Of a stretch of DNA of 64,000 nt, positions 33,150 to 51,543 are shown piece after piece. The notes beneath the pieces are model-generated. The model was not told where the DNA came from. It made no database searches and saw nothing but the letters and a program-made list of their open reading frames with translations. The DNA lies in the NCBI RefSeq assembly GCF_009914755.1, contig NC_060925.1; one strand, 5' to 3'. A program made the position numbers and the translations under genes. The first letter of the stretch is position 1; each line of letters begins with the position of its first letter. The DNA comes from the human T2T-CHM13v2.0 reference genome, Homo sapiens.

Positions 33150-33865
33150 CTGGTGCCAGGGAGACAGGTTTTAACCCAATAATCGTGCAAATGAATGCAG
33201 GGGTGTGAGTGTGATCACCCTTGTGAAGGACAGGTGTGTGCTGCTGTGTAAGGGGGTTTGACCTAGTTAGGAGGTCAGGGAAAGCTTCTCCGTGAAATCG
33301 ATGAGCTGGTGTTCAGAAAATGAGTAAAAATATAAAGTGGGGAGAGTAGAGCATTTGTGGCAGAGGAACCACACACGGGAGGGAATATGCAGAGGGTAAG
33401 AGACCATGCGATGCCAGTGTAATTGGGGCAGAGAAATCAAAGGCTGGCAGCACTCATAGGCTGCGGGGCTGGGCAGGGACCAGAACAGGCAGCCTTGGCT
33501 TTGTAAGGAATCTGGTCTGTATTGTAAAACAAAAGGAAGCAATGAAAAGTTTTATGCCCACGGGAGAAGGGTAAAGTGACAAGTTTGCGTTTTGAGAGAT
33601 TTCTCTGGCTGCAATGTGGAGAATGGATTTGAAAGGGGCCCATGGGGTAAGCCAGGGAGAAGGCTTTTGTAGAGCTCAGGGGAAAGCAGAGAAAGAGCTT
33701 GGCTGGGGTGGTATGGTGGGGGTGGCAGTGGAGGGAGGGGGCAGATTTGGGAGATCTTTAGGAGGAACACTGACAAGATTTGGTGATGGATTTTATGCGA
33801 GGGCTAGGGGAAGAGAGGGAGTTGTTAAGGGTGACATCTGAATTTTTGGTTCTCCTAACTGCAGG
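33150..33865 (-). mobile_element. L2 remnant
   Basis: gaggtcagggaaagcttctc..tctggctgcaatgtggagaatggattt..gacaagatttggtgatggatt. Confidence 0.65.
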
Positions 33866-34465
33866 GATTGTAGGAAATGCTGGGAGACACCAGGGCAGGC
33901 TCTACCCCAGACCTCGGCTTTCCTCTAGAGCCAGGACAGTCTTCTCTAGTGTTACCTACGTGTGCTTGCTCAGCATGTGTGGCTGACCGTCCGATATGTT
34001 TTGCAACCGACCAGTTGTCTTGGATGACAACAGATTTCCCTCCAAGATTGGCTCTGTATATTTGGTTTGAATCAGGGTGAGATGATGAAAGGGTGAGGAG
34101 GGAAAGAGAGGGAAGAGCTGTGGAAGGAAGGGCAGGGGGGTGGCAGATGGGGGTGACATCCTGGGAAGAACAGGGTAGCAGTGTCCCTCTTGTATTTGGA
34201 ATAAGTTCCACCTCTGCCAGTCCTGGTTTATCCTCTTCTTGCTACCATCTGGCTTACATAAATATTCTGAATTGTGACTCTGAAATACTCAAATGCCATT
34301 TGTCACCTGGAGGAAATAATTTCCTTCACGCTAAAGGAGTTCTTTATAGAGAAAAAAATGGCCCTGAAAGTCTAGTGATGCAACTACCCTAGTTCAACTA
34401 TGGCTAGAAAGCACCTGTCTACAGGAATAACAAATATGACTTGCCTCACCAACATGCATGTATCC

Positions 34466-40450
<5,985 letters not shown>

Positions 40451-40900
40451 AGAGATCCTGGAACCCAGAGCTGATGACAATATCTAATCCAGGCAGAATA
40501 CTAGAGGAACCCCCTGGACTTGCTTTGTGGAATATTTTTGTTGTAAAACTGCAGGTGTTACATAGGCTCTTCCAGTTGCAGATAATAGACGTTCATTCAG
40601 ATTGATTCAAATAATCAGTGTTTTCTTTTGTCATCATGCTCATGAAAATAAAGATGAGAAATTTAGCCCACAGCCTAACCTCATGAGAACCCGGGGACAG
40701 CCAAAGAGCTGTATTAGCTTAATGTAGTTTCGAAGAAATTTCGGTGGGTTGATGCTAGCTAAGCTGCAATTGCTTCTTATAACACTGCTTGGCTTAGGCC
40801 ATAGAACATAGTACTAGAGCAGAGTTAACTGTGAAGAAACATAACTGTGAGGTCCAGGTATGTATGAATCTGAGAGTCTGCCTTAATCAAAAGAACAAAA

Positions 40901-42700
40901 CTGGGTGCAGTGGTGGGCACCTGTAGTCCCAGCTACGCAGGAAGCTGAGGTGGGAGGAGCCCTTGAACCCAGAAGTTCAAGGCCAGCCTGGGCAACATAC
41001 TGAGACCCTGTCTGAAAAATAACAAAAAACAATTCTAGATTAAGTAGGGAAATAATTTGACTACATATATTTCAGGCTATTCTGGTAAATATTATTTTTG
41101 CAATCAAACTTTTGATACGTAGTCTTAGAGGTTATTCTTTCCAAGTAATATCTGAATTGCCTGGCATATAGTTGTTCAGTAAATATTTCTTGAATGAGTG
41201 AGAGTTATTTTATGTTACTGATTAAGAACATACCTTTGTGCTTTAATGAGAGGTAGGCCACTTGAGTAAATTCAAGTCCAATGCACAAAGAAGGGCCAAG
41301 GGAGTGTTCACAGGCAAAACACATATTTTAGAAAATAGTTCTAAGTCTGTTCTGCATGGAACAAATGGATGATTGAAGTCCAAATTTCTATGTCATGAGA
41401 CTTGGTAATGATGACTTTTGTTTAGATTTTAAAAATATGAGCATTAATAAATGCTTAAGCAAACACTATAGAGTCTCAGTAAAGTAGCCATAGAACATCT
41501 AAACAAAACTAATTGGCTATATATGTCCAGGTGAATTTCTAGATTCTATTCTGTTCCATTGATCTCTATATTTTATATAGGTCTGATATCTTTTATGACT
41601 TAATCTAGATTTATAGTAAATAATAAAATGTTGTAGTGTATGTCCTCTAACACATTTCTTATTCAACTTTTGATTATTCTAAAACTTTGCATTTCCTTAT
41701 AAATTTTAGTATCAGCCTATCTGTGGGTTTTTTTTTTTTTTTTGAGATGGAGTCTTGCTCTGTCACCCAGATTGGAGTGTAGTGGCGCAACCTCAGCTCA
41801 CTGCAACCTCCACCTCCCAGTTCAAGTGATTCTCCTGCCTCAGCCTCCTGAGTAGCTGGAAACAGGTGGCTGCCACCACACAGCTTTTTTTTTTTTCAGT
41901 AGAGTCAGGGTTTTACCATGTTGGCCAGGCTGGTCTTGAACTCCTGACCTCAAGTGATCTGCCCACCTCATCCTCCCAAAGTGCTGGGATTACAGGTGTG
42001 AGCCACTGTGCCTGACCCTGTCTGTTGGGATTTTAATTAGGATTCCACTGAATCTGTGGAGTAATTTGGGAGATAACTGACATTTTTAAATATATTGAAT
42101 CTTTCAATCCATAGACAAATTATATCTCACTATTATTTAGATCTCCTTTAATTTATCTTAGCAATGTTTTGTTATAGAGGTCAGCTCATATTTTGTTAAA
42201 TTTATCTGGTGGTGTACTGGTGAACCTGCTCTTTGGGGTGACGGTGGTTAGAAAGCCCTAATTTGCGCTATTTGCCAATTTCTGTGATGTAGATACACTA
42301 TGATCAATTTCAGGCTATCAATGTAATGTCATTAATGAGTTTGGAAGAGATGACAATAAATTGTTGTGTGAGCCAGTTCCAATACACATTGGATATATTC
42401 CTAAATATTTCATGGTTTTGGGCACTATTTTAAATACCTAGTATTGTAAGTGTTATGTTTTGAGTGATTGGCTTTTACTGTCTTTTCTTTTCTTTTTTTG
42501 AGATAGGGTTTTGCTCTGTTGCCCAGGCTGGAGTACAGTGGCACAACCACAGCTCACTGCAGCCTTAACATCCTGGGCTGATTCTCCTGCCTCAGCCTCC
42601 TGAGTAGCTGAGACTATAGGCATGTGCCACAATACCTGGCTAATTTTTGATTTTTTTTTTTTTTGTAGATATCAGTTCTCACTATGTTGCTCAGGCTGGT
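40901..42700. mobile_element. Alu monomer (40901-41030 +), old minus-strand L1M remnant (about 41515-42460) and Alus (41728-42017 -, 42483-42700 -)
   Basis: ctattctgttccattgatct..gaatctgtggagtaatttggggagataactgacat are reverse L1 ORF2 motifs. Confidence 0.7.
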
Positions 42701-42828
42701 ACTATCTTCCTTTAAAGAGTATAAAACTTTGTTTTGTTAGGCACTTAAGTTACTTATAGAACAAGTTGATCCTCTTGAGTCTCTTTAAAACTTTGTTTTG
42801 GATGTGTGTGATGGCTCACGCCTTACCT

Positions 42829-45800
42829 ATGGGTAAGACACAGAGTTCTAGCATGTCCCCCAGCGTCAACCCCAAGCAGGACAGGGGCAGGAGGTCAGTG
42901 GAACCCTTCTGCGGGTCTGAGATCTACGAGTAGGCAGCAGCCAGCAAGGGCCAAGGTGGCGGCAAAGAGGAGCAGATGCACATCATGGGTGTAAAAGGCT
43001 GACCACTTGTGTGTCTCCCAATGCCAGCCCCAAGCAGGACAGGCACAGAAGGTCGGGAGGGCCCTCTGACCTGTCTCAGAACTATGAGCCAGTGGCAGTG
43101 AGTGAAGGCACAGATGGCAGCAGAGAGGGGCAAAAGCACCCCATGCATAACACACTGACCTCTTGGTGACCGAGAGTGCCAACCCCAAGCAGGGCCAGTG
43201 CAGGAGGTCAGTGGACCCCTACTGCATATGTGAGATCAACAAGCAGATGGCAGCAAGAGAGGACACTGGCAGCAGTGGAGAGGAGCAGAGTCGCCCCATG
43301 GGTAGCAGGCTGAGCTCTCGTGTGTCCGAGTGGTGGTTCCAAGCAGGGCCGGCACAGAAAGTTGACGGAGTCCTACTAAGGGTGTGAGATCTCTGAGCAA
43401 GCTGCAATGAGCAAACACGCAGATGGCAGAGGAAAGGAGCAGAAGCACCGCATGGGCAAGACACTGACCTCTTGCATGTCCCCCAGTGCTGGCCCCAAGC
43501 AGTATTGCTGCAGGAGCTCAGAGAAGCCCTACTGCGAGTTTGAGATCTATAAGCAGGCTGCAGAGAGCAAACATGCAGATGGTAGAGGCGAGGAGAGAAG
43601 GAGCCCCATAGGTACCAGGCTGACCTCTTTCATGTCCCCTAATGCCAGCCCCAAAAGGGCCGGTGCAGGAGGACTGCAGAGTCTCACTTCAGTTCTGAAA
43701 TCTACCAGCAGGCAAAAGCAAAAGATAGCGCAGGTAGCGACAGAGAGGAGTAGAGGCACACCTTGGGTAAGACATTGACCTCTTGCATGTCCCCCATTGC
43801 CAGCCCCAAGCAGGACAGGTGCAGGAGGTTGGCAGGGCCCTACTGTGGGTCTGAGATCTACGAGCAGGCAGCAGCCAGTGAGGACTCAGGCAGTAGTGAC
43901 GATGAGCAGAAGCGCACCACGGGTAACAGGCTGACCCCTTGTGTCTTATGCCAGCCCCAAGCAGCACAAGCACAGGAAGTTGGCAGAGCCCTACCATGGG
44001 TCAGATCTACCAGCAGGCAGAAACAAAGAATGGTGCAGATGGCAGTGGAAAGGAGCAAAGGCACACCAAAGGTAACATGCTGACCTCTTCCGTGTCCTTC
44101 AGTGCCAGGCCCAAGCAGGACCAGTGTAGGAGGTAGGCAGAATCTTACTGCGAGGCTGAGACCTAGGAGCAGACAGCAGCTGCAAACATGCAGATGACAG
44201 AAGAAGTGGAGGTGCCCTGTGGATCACAGGCTAACTTCTCATGTCCTAGAGTGCCAGCCCCAACCAGGCTGACCCAAGACTTCGGCGGGAACACTACTGT
44301 GAGGCTGCATTCTCCAAGCAGCCTGCAGGAGGCATACAAGCAGATGGCAGAGGAGAGGAGTGGAGGCGCCCCATGGGTCACAGGCTAACCTCTTGCATGT
44401 CCCGGGGTTCCAGCTCCAAGCAATGTCAGTGCAGGAGATCGACAGAATTCTACTGTGGGTCTGAGATCTCCGAGCAGGCTGCAGAGAGCAAACATGCAGA
44501 TGGTGGAAGAGAGGAACAGAGCTGCTCTATGGGTAACAGGCTGGCCTCTTGTATGTCCCAAAGTGCCAGCCCCGAGTGGGGTTGGCACAGGAGGTTGGTG
44601 GGGGACTACTGCAAATCTGAGATCAAGGAGCAGCCAGCAGCAAGCAAGGGCACAGGCAGCAGCAGAGAGGAGCAAAGATGCCCCATGGGTAACACTCTGA
44701 TTTCTTGCATGTCCCCTAGTGCCAGCCCCAAACAGGACAGGCATAGGAAGTCGGTGGAGCCCTACTGTGAGTTTCAGATGTATGAGCAAGCGGCAGCGAG
44801 TGAAGGTGTAGGTGGTAGTGGAAAGAAACAAAGGCACCCCTTGGGTAATGCATTGGCGTCTTGCATGTTCCCCAAAACCAGTCACAACCAGAGCTGGTGC
44901 AGGAGGTCAGTGGAACTCTACCTCAGATCTGAGATCTACGAGCAGGCTGTAGTGAGCAAACATGCAGATGGCAGAGGAGAGGGGCAGAAGTGCCCCAAGA
45001 GTAATATGCTGATCATTTATGTGTCTTGAAATGCCAGCCATGAGCGGTGCTGGTACAAGAGGTTGGCGGAGCTCTACTGGGGGTCTGAGATTTATGAGGA
45101 ACAGGAGGCAATGATCAAAGGTACAGATGGCAGTGGATAGGACTGGAAGAACCCTCTGGGGAACATGCTGACTACTTGTATGTCCCTCAATCCCAGCCCC
45201 AAGTAGGGCTGGCACAGGAGATTTGTGGAGCCCTATTGTGGGTCTGAGATCTATAAGCATGCAGCAGTGAGTAAAGGTGCAGGCCACGGTGGAGAGAAGT
45301 GCAGGTGCCACATGGGTAACATGATGACCTCTTGCGTGTCCCATGCTGCCAGCCCCCAATAGAGCTGGTGCAGGAGGTCAGTGGAGCCCTATTATGAGTT
45401 TGAGATCTATGAGCATGCAGCATTGAACAAAGGCACAGGCAGTGGTGGAGAGGAGTGGAGGTGCCCCATTGGTAACATGCTGAACTCTTGCATCTTCCCC
45501 AATGCCAGCCCTGTGTGGGGCTGCTGCACAGGGCTGGTGGAGCCCGATTGTAGGGCTGAGATCTATGAGCAGGTGGCAGCAAGCAAAAATGCAGGCAGTG
45601 GCAGAGAAGAGTGGAAGCTGGTCTGGCACAGGAGATCAGTGGAGCCCTACCCACAGGTCTGAGATCTGCAAGCAGGCAGCAGTGAGCAAAGGAACATATG
45701 GCAGTAGAGAAGAGCAGAAGTGCACCATGGGGACCATGCCGACCTATTGTGTGTCACCCAATGCTAGCACCAAACTGGGCTGGATCAGGGGGACAGCGGG

Positions 45801-45962
45801 GTCCTACTTCAGGTCTGAGATCTGTGAGCAGACAGCAGCAAGCAAAGGTTGACATGGTGGTGAAGAGGAGCAGAACCACTCCATGGAAAGCATGCTGACT
45901 TGTGTGTCCCCCAATGCCAGCTCCAAGCTGGTCTGCCAAAGGACATCAGTCTGAGCCCTACA
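42829..45962 (+). repeat. About 20.5 x 156-bp diverged tandem array derived from CCNYL-family exon 1 (5'UTR plus first ~35 codons)
   Basis: Unit starts at 42829, 42985, 43143, 43298, 43452, 43608, 43763, 43919, 44068, 44219, 44373, 44529, 44685, 44841, 44997, 45156, 45312, 45468, ~45620 (partial), 45727, 45883. Example unit MGNTLISCMSPSASPKQDRHRKSVEPYCEFQMYEQ versus recalled CCNYL1 MGNTLTCCVSPNASPKLGRRAGSAELYCASDIYEA. Confidence 0.9.
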
Positions 45963-46951
45963 ATTTATCATTCTATGAGACTTTTTCGAAGCTTTCTTCA
46001 TATCTTCTTTGCCTTTTCTTAATGAGAACTCAAATACTCCAACTTCTGAGTACCCATCCCATTCTCCTTATCTATCTAGATGGTACCTAAATGAAGGAGC
46101 CAGGTAAGAGTCTGATTGTTCCCTTTCTCTTATGTGTTAAGGTAGCTGATACTTGGGAAAATTTAGACCCAATGTTTAGGGATTTCTTGCTTAAATTCAG
46201 AATAGAGGTTGGCGTATGGAGTTTTTAATAAGTTGTTTTAAGTCACCTCGATAGAAATGGCTTTATTCCTCCAACTATAATTTGAACACTGAAGGGAAGA
46301 AAATTGGAGAAGTGCTTAAAATGATTATGAATGGTGTAAAATGTTACTGCCAGGGCTGCAGAATAGTTGATGGTTTTTTAAACCCAAAGCTTACCCACAG
46401 TGTTTTGATTGCTTTAAGATTTCCTCTTTAACCCAAATATATCTTCAGATCTACTCTGGTGACTTACTGGACTTCATTTTCCTCCTTGTTCTAAAAGTGG
46501 AGGGGTGGTTCATAGTAAAAAAATTTCAAGAGCTGGAACATAAATTCAGAGTTACATTTGTGATGTAAAGGTTTGGGAGTTTAAAATGCCAGATGCTGCC
46601 TGTTCAAGTGTTTGTTTCCATAGCTCCCTCCTCATGTCAACAGAATTATGTTCAAAGATGAGAGTGTTAGAGTTCAAACTCTAATCTCTGATAGGGATGG
46701 AAAGGGGGGAGATGAAAGAAAATTTTTAATATTTTACCATCAGAAAAAGAACGAATTTAAGTAGAAATGGTTTTGAATAATATGGTTCTTGAATAAAAAC
46801 TAAGTTCTTTGAAATAGAAAACATTGTATCATAAAGATAGTTAAATCTGGTTGTCTCATTTGTTTTAATAAATGCCAGATATTTCATTAGTATAGAGAAA
46901 ATGTCTTATAGCTCTTCTGTTTAAACTTTGATTGGGCTCTTAATTTCTTTA

Positions 46952-47270
<319 letters not shown>

Positions 47271-47873
47271 AAGAAGAAGAATTAAAGCTCATGATGTATG
47301 TGCCTTTATAACTGGAAAGTACCATATTCAATTTTCAGAATATTCAATAATAGTGAAAGAACGAATAGATTGTGTTAATAGATTGTAACTTTATGCACAA
47401 AGTATGGAAGTACTTGTGAATATTTATGCTCTGTTTGGTGGTGTAAGGTAAACCTCAGTGACTTTACACACCAGTTGGTAGATGGGTAGTGCTGGATGAG
47501 ATCCCAAAATAGGCTCTTCATGTCTTTTTTTAGTATGTACAACACATTTTAATGTACATCTTATTTGGCCCTTCCAAACACAAATAAGGCCTGTGTATAT
47601 TCTCCCTGTATTGATGATGAAAAAACAAAGACTTTGAGATCTGAAATGACTATGTAAGACAGCTACTGAACAGAACTAAGGTTCTATAGTAAGTACCCTG
47701 AAACTGACATGGAGATGGTAGCGATGCCTAATTCAGTTCCTAAACTTTAAAACTGTGGAATACATTGTATGTTTTACCTATAAAGTAAACTTATCTCTTA
47801 GAACTTACTCCACCTTGATTAGTTCAATTAAAAGCTTATTTTATACAACTCAGAGGCAACATTTACCTGTCCA

Positions 47874-48010
47874 TTTTTTTTTCTAAAGGGAAAGGGGTCT
47901 TAACTGTGTTGCCCATACTGGCCTCAGTCTTCTGGCCAGGGCTCAAGTGATCCTCCTGCCTCAGCCTCCTGAGTAGCTGGAATTACTGATATATTCCATC
48001 TTGCCTGGCT
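47874..48010 (-). mobile_element. FAM/FLAM Alu monomer
   Basis: Reverse Alu monomer. Confidence 0.7.
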
Positions 48011-48700
48011 CCATCTTATGTCTATACATTAATTTCAACAGATACGGATAAAAGTAGAGGTAATAAAATTACCCAAATTTACCAATCAAGCAGGTTAATA
48101 ATTTTTAAAGAGTTTTCTCTTGTCACTGTAAATTGAAGCTGAGAATTTCCTGGACAAGAGAAGCTGGAGACAGGAGAGGTAAGGTATCATGCCTTAAGCA
48201 TAGAACAATAATAAGGAGTGTTAAATCAGAAAAGTTAAAAAAATAGTTTGTGAGCACAGAATTTAACATTTTGTTTATTTGCATGACACTTAAATTTTCA
48301 TTTCAATTTGCCTCTTGAAATTTATTTTTCTGGCATTCAATAAAGTGATAAGCGAAACCTCAATTTCAGCATTTGCCTACAATTCCTAAGTTTCCATAGA
48401 AACTGAGGCAGGACATTAACAGTTTGCTGTTAATATCTTTAGTTTGGACAATTTTATATCAGTTTACTTGGAAACTGAGAAATTCCTACTTAGATGTAAA
48501 ACATTTTAGTTTTACTGCAATGAAGAATGGAATTATTTTGGTTACTTAGAAAAAAATCAGATGTAAATAGTGTACTTTGTTCTTCTGAATCATTTCAGAA
48601 TAATGTGATTTCTCCAAGCCACTTCACAGAGATATTCCTAAGAACCTTTTTTCAGATAGTCCCACAGACATTTTCTACTACCTTGCCTTTATTTAAACAG

Positions 48701-51071
48701 TTATATGGTTTGGCTGTGTGTCCCCAGCCAAATCTCACGTTGGATTGCATAATTCCCAGTGTTGGGGGAGGGATCTCGTGGGAGGTGATTGGATCATGGG
48801 GGCGTATTCCCCCTTTGCTGTTCTCACAATAGTGAGTTCTTATTATATCTGATGCTTTGAAAGTGTGCAACACTTCCCCCCTTTGTTCTCTCTCTCCTGC
48901 TTCACCACTGCAAGACATGCTTGCTTTCCCTTCACTTTCCACCATAATTGTAAGTTTCCTGAGGCCACTGAGCCATGCTTCCTGTACAGCCTGTGGAACT
49001 GTGGGTCAATTAAACTTCTTTTCTTTATAAATTACCCAGTCTCAGGTAGTTCTTTATAGCAGTGTGAGAAAGAACTAATACAGAGAAGGGGGGCATTGCT
49101 GGAAAGATACTTGAAAATGTGGCAGCAGCTTTGGAACTGGGTAACAAACAGAGGTTGGAACAGTTTGGAGGGCTCAGAAGAAGATAGAAAGATGAGGGAA
49201 GGTTTAGAACTTCATAGAGACTTGTTGAATGGTTTTGACCACAATACTGATAGTGATATGGACAGTGAAGTCCAAGCTGAGCTGGTCTCAGATGGAGATG
49301 AGGAACTTATTGGGAACTGGAGTAAAGGTCACTCTTACTGTGCTTTAGCAAAAAGACTGGTGGCTTTGTGCCCCTGTTACAGAGATCTGTGGAACTTTGA
49401 ACTTGAGAGAGATGATTTAGGGTATCTGGTGGAAGAAATTTCTAAGAAGCAAAGCATTCAAGATATGGCCTGGCTGCTTCTAAAAGCTTACATTCATTTT
49501 CATAAACAAAGAAATTACCTGAAACTAGAACTTACATTTAAAAGAGAAGAAGAGTGGAAAAGTTTGGAACATTTGCAGCTTACCCATGTGGTAGAAAAGA
49601 AAACCCGTTTTCTGGAGAGGAATTGAAGGCTGCAGAAATTTGCGTAAGTAAAGATTAACTGAATGTTAATAGCAAAGACAATGGGGAAAATGCCTCCAGG
49701 ACATTTCAGAGACCTTTGTGGTAGCCCCCCCCACATCACAGGCCTGGAGGCCTAGGAGGGAAGAATAATTTCATGGGCCAGGCTCAGAGTCTTGCAGCTC
49801 TCTGCAGCCTCAGGACATGGCACCCTCTGTCCATGCTGCTCCAGCTCCAGCCATAGCTAAAAGGGGCCAAGGTACAGCTCAGACCATTGCTTCTGAGGGT
49901 GCAAGACCCAAGCCTTGGTGTTTTTCATGTAGTATTGGGCCTGCAGGTGTGCATAAGGCAAGAGCTGAGGTTTTTGAGTCTCTGCCTAGATTTCACAGGA
50001 TGTATGAAAATGCCTGGATGTTGAGGCAGAATTCTGCTGCAGGGGTGGAGCCCTTGTGGAGAACCTCTACTAGTACAGTTCAGAGGGGAAATGTGGTGTT
50101 GAAGCCCCTGTACAAAGTCCCCATTGGGGCACTGCCTAGTGGAGCCGTGAGAAGAGGGCCACCATCCTCCAGACCCCAGAATAGTAGATCCATTGACAGC
50201 TTGCACTGTGTACCTGGAAAGCTTCAGGCACTGAATGCCAGACTGTGAAAACAGCTATGGTGGCTCTACTCTGCAGAGCCATAGGGTCAGAGCTTCCCAA
50301 GGCCATGGGAGCCCACCCCTTGCATCAATATGGCCTGGATGTGAGCTATGGAGTCAAAGGAGATTATTTCAGAGCTTTGAGACTTAATGGCTGCCCTGCT
50401 GCATTTTAGACTTGTATGGGGCCTGTAGCCCCTTCATTTTGGCCAATGTCTCCCATTCGGAATGGGTTTATTCATCCAGTGACTCTACCCCCATTATATC
50501 TTGTAACTGTTTATTTGCAGGCTCATAGGTAAAAGGGATTTGCCTTGTCTCAGATGAGATGTTGGAGGTGGACTTTTGAGTTAATGCTGAAATTAGTTAA
50601 AACTTTGGGGGACCGCTGGGATAGCATGACTGTGTTTTGCAATGTTAGAAAGACATGAGATTTGGGAGGGTCCAGGGTAGGATGATATAGTTTGGCTCTG
50701 TGTCACCATCTAAATCTCATGTCAAATTGTAATTCCTAATGTTGGGGGAGGGATCTGGTAGGAGGTGATTGGATCATAGGGACATTTCTTCCTTGTTGTT
50801 CTCATGATATTGAATGAGTTCTCATGAAATCTAGTTATTTAAACGTGTGTAGCACTTCCCCCTTTACTCTCTCTCTCCTGCTTCACCATGTTAAGACGTG
50901 CTTGCTTCCCCTTCACCTTCTGCCATGATCGTAAGTTTCCTGAGGCCTCCCAGCCATGATTCCTGTACAGCATACAGAACTGTGAGTCAATTAAACCTCT
51001 TTTCTTCATAAATTACCCAGTCTCAAGTGGTTCTGTGGTTCTTTATAGCAGTGTGAGAACAGACTAATACA
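48701..51071 (+). mobile_element. Two-LTR MaLR element (MSTA/THE1D-like): 5' LTR 48701-49082, internal 49083-50682, 3' LTR 50683-51071
   Basis: Two homologous LTRs ending actaataca; internal ORF remnant GWNSLEGSEEDRKMRE..IGNWSKGH..RDLWNFELERDDLGYLVEEISKKQSIQ is the MaLR-int ORF. Confidence 0.9.
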
Positions 51072-51543
51072 GTTGGGTTTTATTCCTTTCAACAGCAAGC
51101 CTATAGAAAAAGATCAACTGCTTGGGCTGGAGGAGAAGAACACTTAGGTCAATACATGATTTGTTAGCAACCAGCTAGAGTTTAGGAGAGAACACTTTTG
51201 CTGTGCACTTGAAAAGAAACCTGTCTATGGGCACTGGATAAGACACAGGCCTTTTCATGAAGCTTCAAGCCATTCAGAAAGCTTAGCACATGATGGAGGA
51301 AAACAGGAATGGTGTTTCCAGATGTAGAGAGATAGGTGATGCTGGAGGGAAAGCTGGATCAGAAGAGAAGGAGTTCATTGTAGATGAATTAGGTTTAATG
51401 TCCCTGTGAGATAGCAGAGTGGTAGTGTTCAGTCATCATGTGGATATACCGGACTGGAACCTGAATGTGAGCTAGAGGTAATGAATGAGCAGTATGAGTA
51501 GCTACTTAAATGTGGAGAAAGTGTGTAGAGTGAAAGTGGACAT

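Noticed and set aside
44385-45654. Long minus-strand ORFs over the array
   Set aside because: Antisense shadows of a GC-rich, frame-preserving repeat; the recognisable homology is on the plus strand.
42829-45962. Array as a CRISPR array or a C2H2 zinc-finger gene
   Set aside because: No unique spacers, since the whole unit is homologous; period is 156 not 84 bp; no CxxC..HxxxH or TGEKPY linker.
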